Source: Candidatus Methylomirabilia bacterium (lineage in GTDB: Bacteria > Methylomirabilota > Methylomirabilia > Rokubacteriales > CSP1-6). From it: a DNA stretch of 16,041 nt. Made by a program: the position numbers and the translations under genes. The notes under the pieces are model-generated. The model saw only the letters and a program-made list of their open reading frames with translations. It searched no databases and was not told the origin of the DNA. Below, piece by piece: positions 15,775-16,041 of this stretch (positions are counted from its first letter, which is position 1; the number at the start of each line of letters is the position of its first letter). The DNA lies in contig JBGPXN010000098.1 in NCBI GenBank assembly GCA_041492755.1, positions 1 to 16,041 of the forward strand. Reading direction: 5' to 3'.

Positions 15775-16041
15775 TCAGGGACGGCGCTTGCGGGCGACGA
15801 AGGCTTCGATGCGGGCGCGCGCCGCGTCGCTCGTCCGGAGCGCGGCGCCGTAGGCCTCGGGCTCCCGGCCGCTCCCGCCGGCGCGAATGGCCGCCACGAC
15901 GGCCTTGGTGGCGGCCAGGCCTTCGCGCGGTGAGCGCGCGATGTCGGCCGCCCACGACCCCGTCATCTCCCCGAGCGTCGCGGCCGCCACCACGCGGTTG
16001 ACCAGCCCCATGCGGAGGGCCTCGCTCGCGTGGACGGGGCG
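15775..16041 (-). CDS. Enoyl-CoA hydratase/isomerase (crotonase) family protein, C-terminal part; 5' end outside the window
   Basis: RPVHASEALRMGLVNRVV, IARSPREGLAATK and RIEAFVARKRRP match the crotonase C-terminus; frame is open to the window edge. Confidence 0.85.
   Translation of the reverse strand, partial: RPVHASEALRMGLVNRVVAAATLGEMTGSWAADIARSPREGLAATKAVVAAIRAGGSGREPEAYGAALRTSDAARARIEAFVARKRRP

Noticed and set aside
72..15933. Many long alternative-frame ORFs (e.g. 72-1166, 2111-3187, 4959-6308, 9432-11000, 9488-10846, 10575-12146, 13421-14710, 14725-15933)
   Set aside because: Arg/Pro/Gly-rich shadow frames expected at this GC content; they overlap well-supported genes and show no motifs.

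Overview
Very GC-rich bacterial chromosomal DNA; the dispersed GC-rich hairpin repeats and gene content remind me of Ca. Rokubacteria (Methylomirabilota), which is an unverified inference. Left to right: (1) the 3' part of a CPA2/Kef-type cation:proton antiporter; (2) a four-gene + strand cassette of type IV minor pilins (PilV-, PilW-, large PilX-like) plus a lipoprotein, preceded by two sigma54-like sites; (3) an eight-gene - strand operon: acyl-CoA dehydrogenase, single-barrel MetE-like Zn enzyme A, Tat-exported Liv-type binding protein, LivHMGF-like transporter, and single-barrel MetE-like Zn enzyme B; (4) a divergent gene encoding an MBL-hydrolase/REC/cNMP-binding/GGDEF fusion; (5) the 3' end of a crotonase-family gene. 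Intergenic regions hold several palindromic elements. One family has two full copies and one partial copy, two of them in frame ahead of the livH-like gene. The best candidates for undescribed biology are the twin MetE-like/ABC/ACAD operon, the four-domain cyclic-nucleotide signalling protein, and the possibly translated palindromic repeat. No rRNA, tRNA, CRISPR array or transposase was seen.
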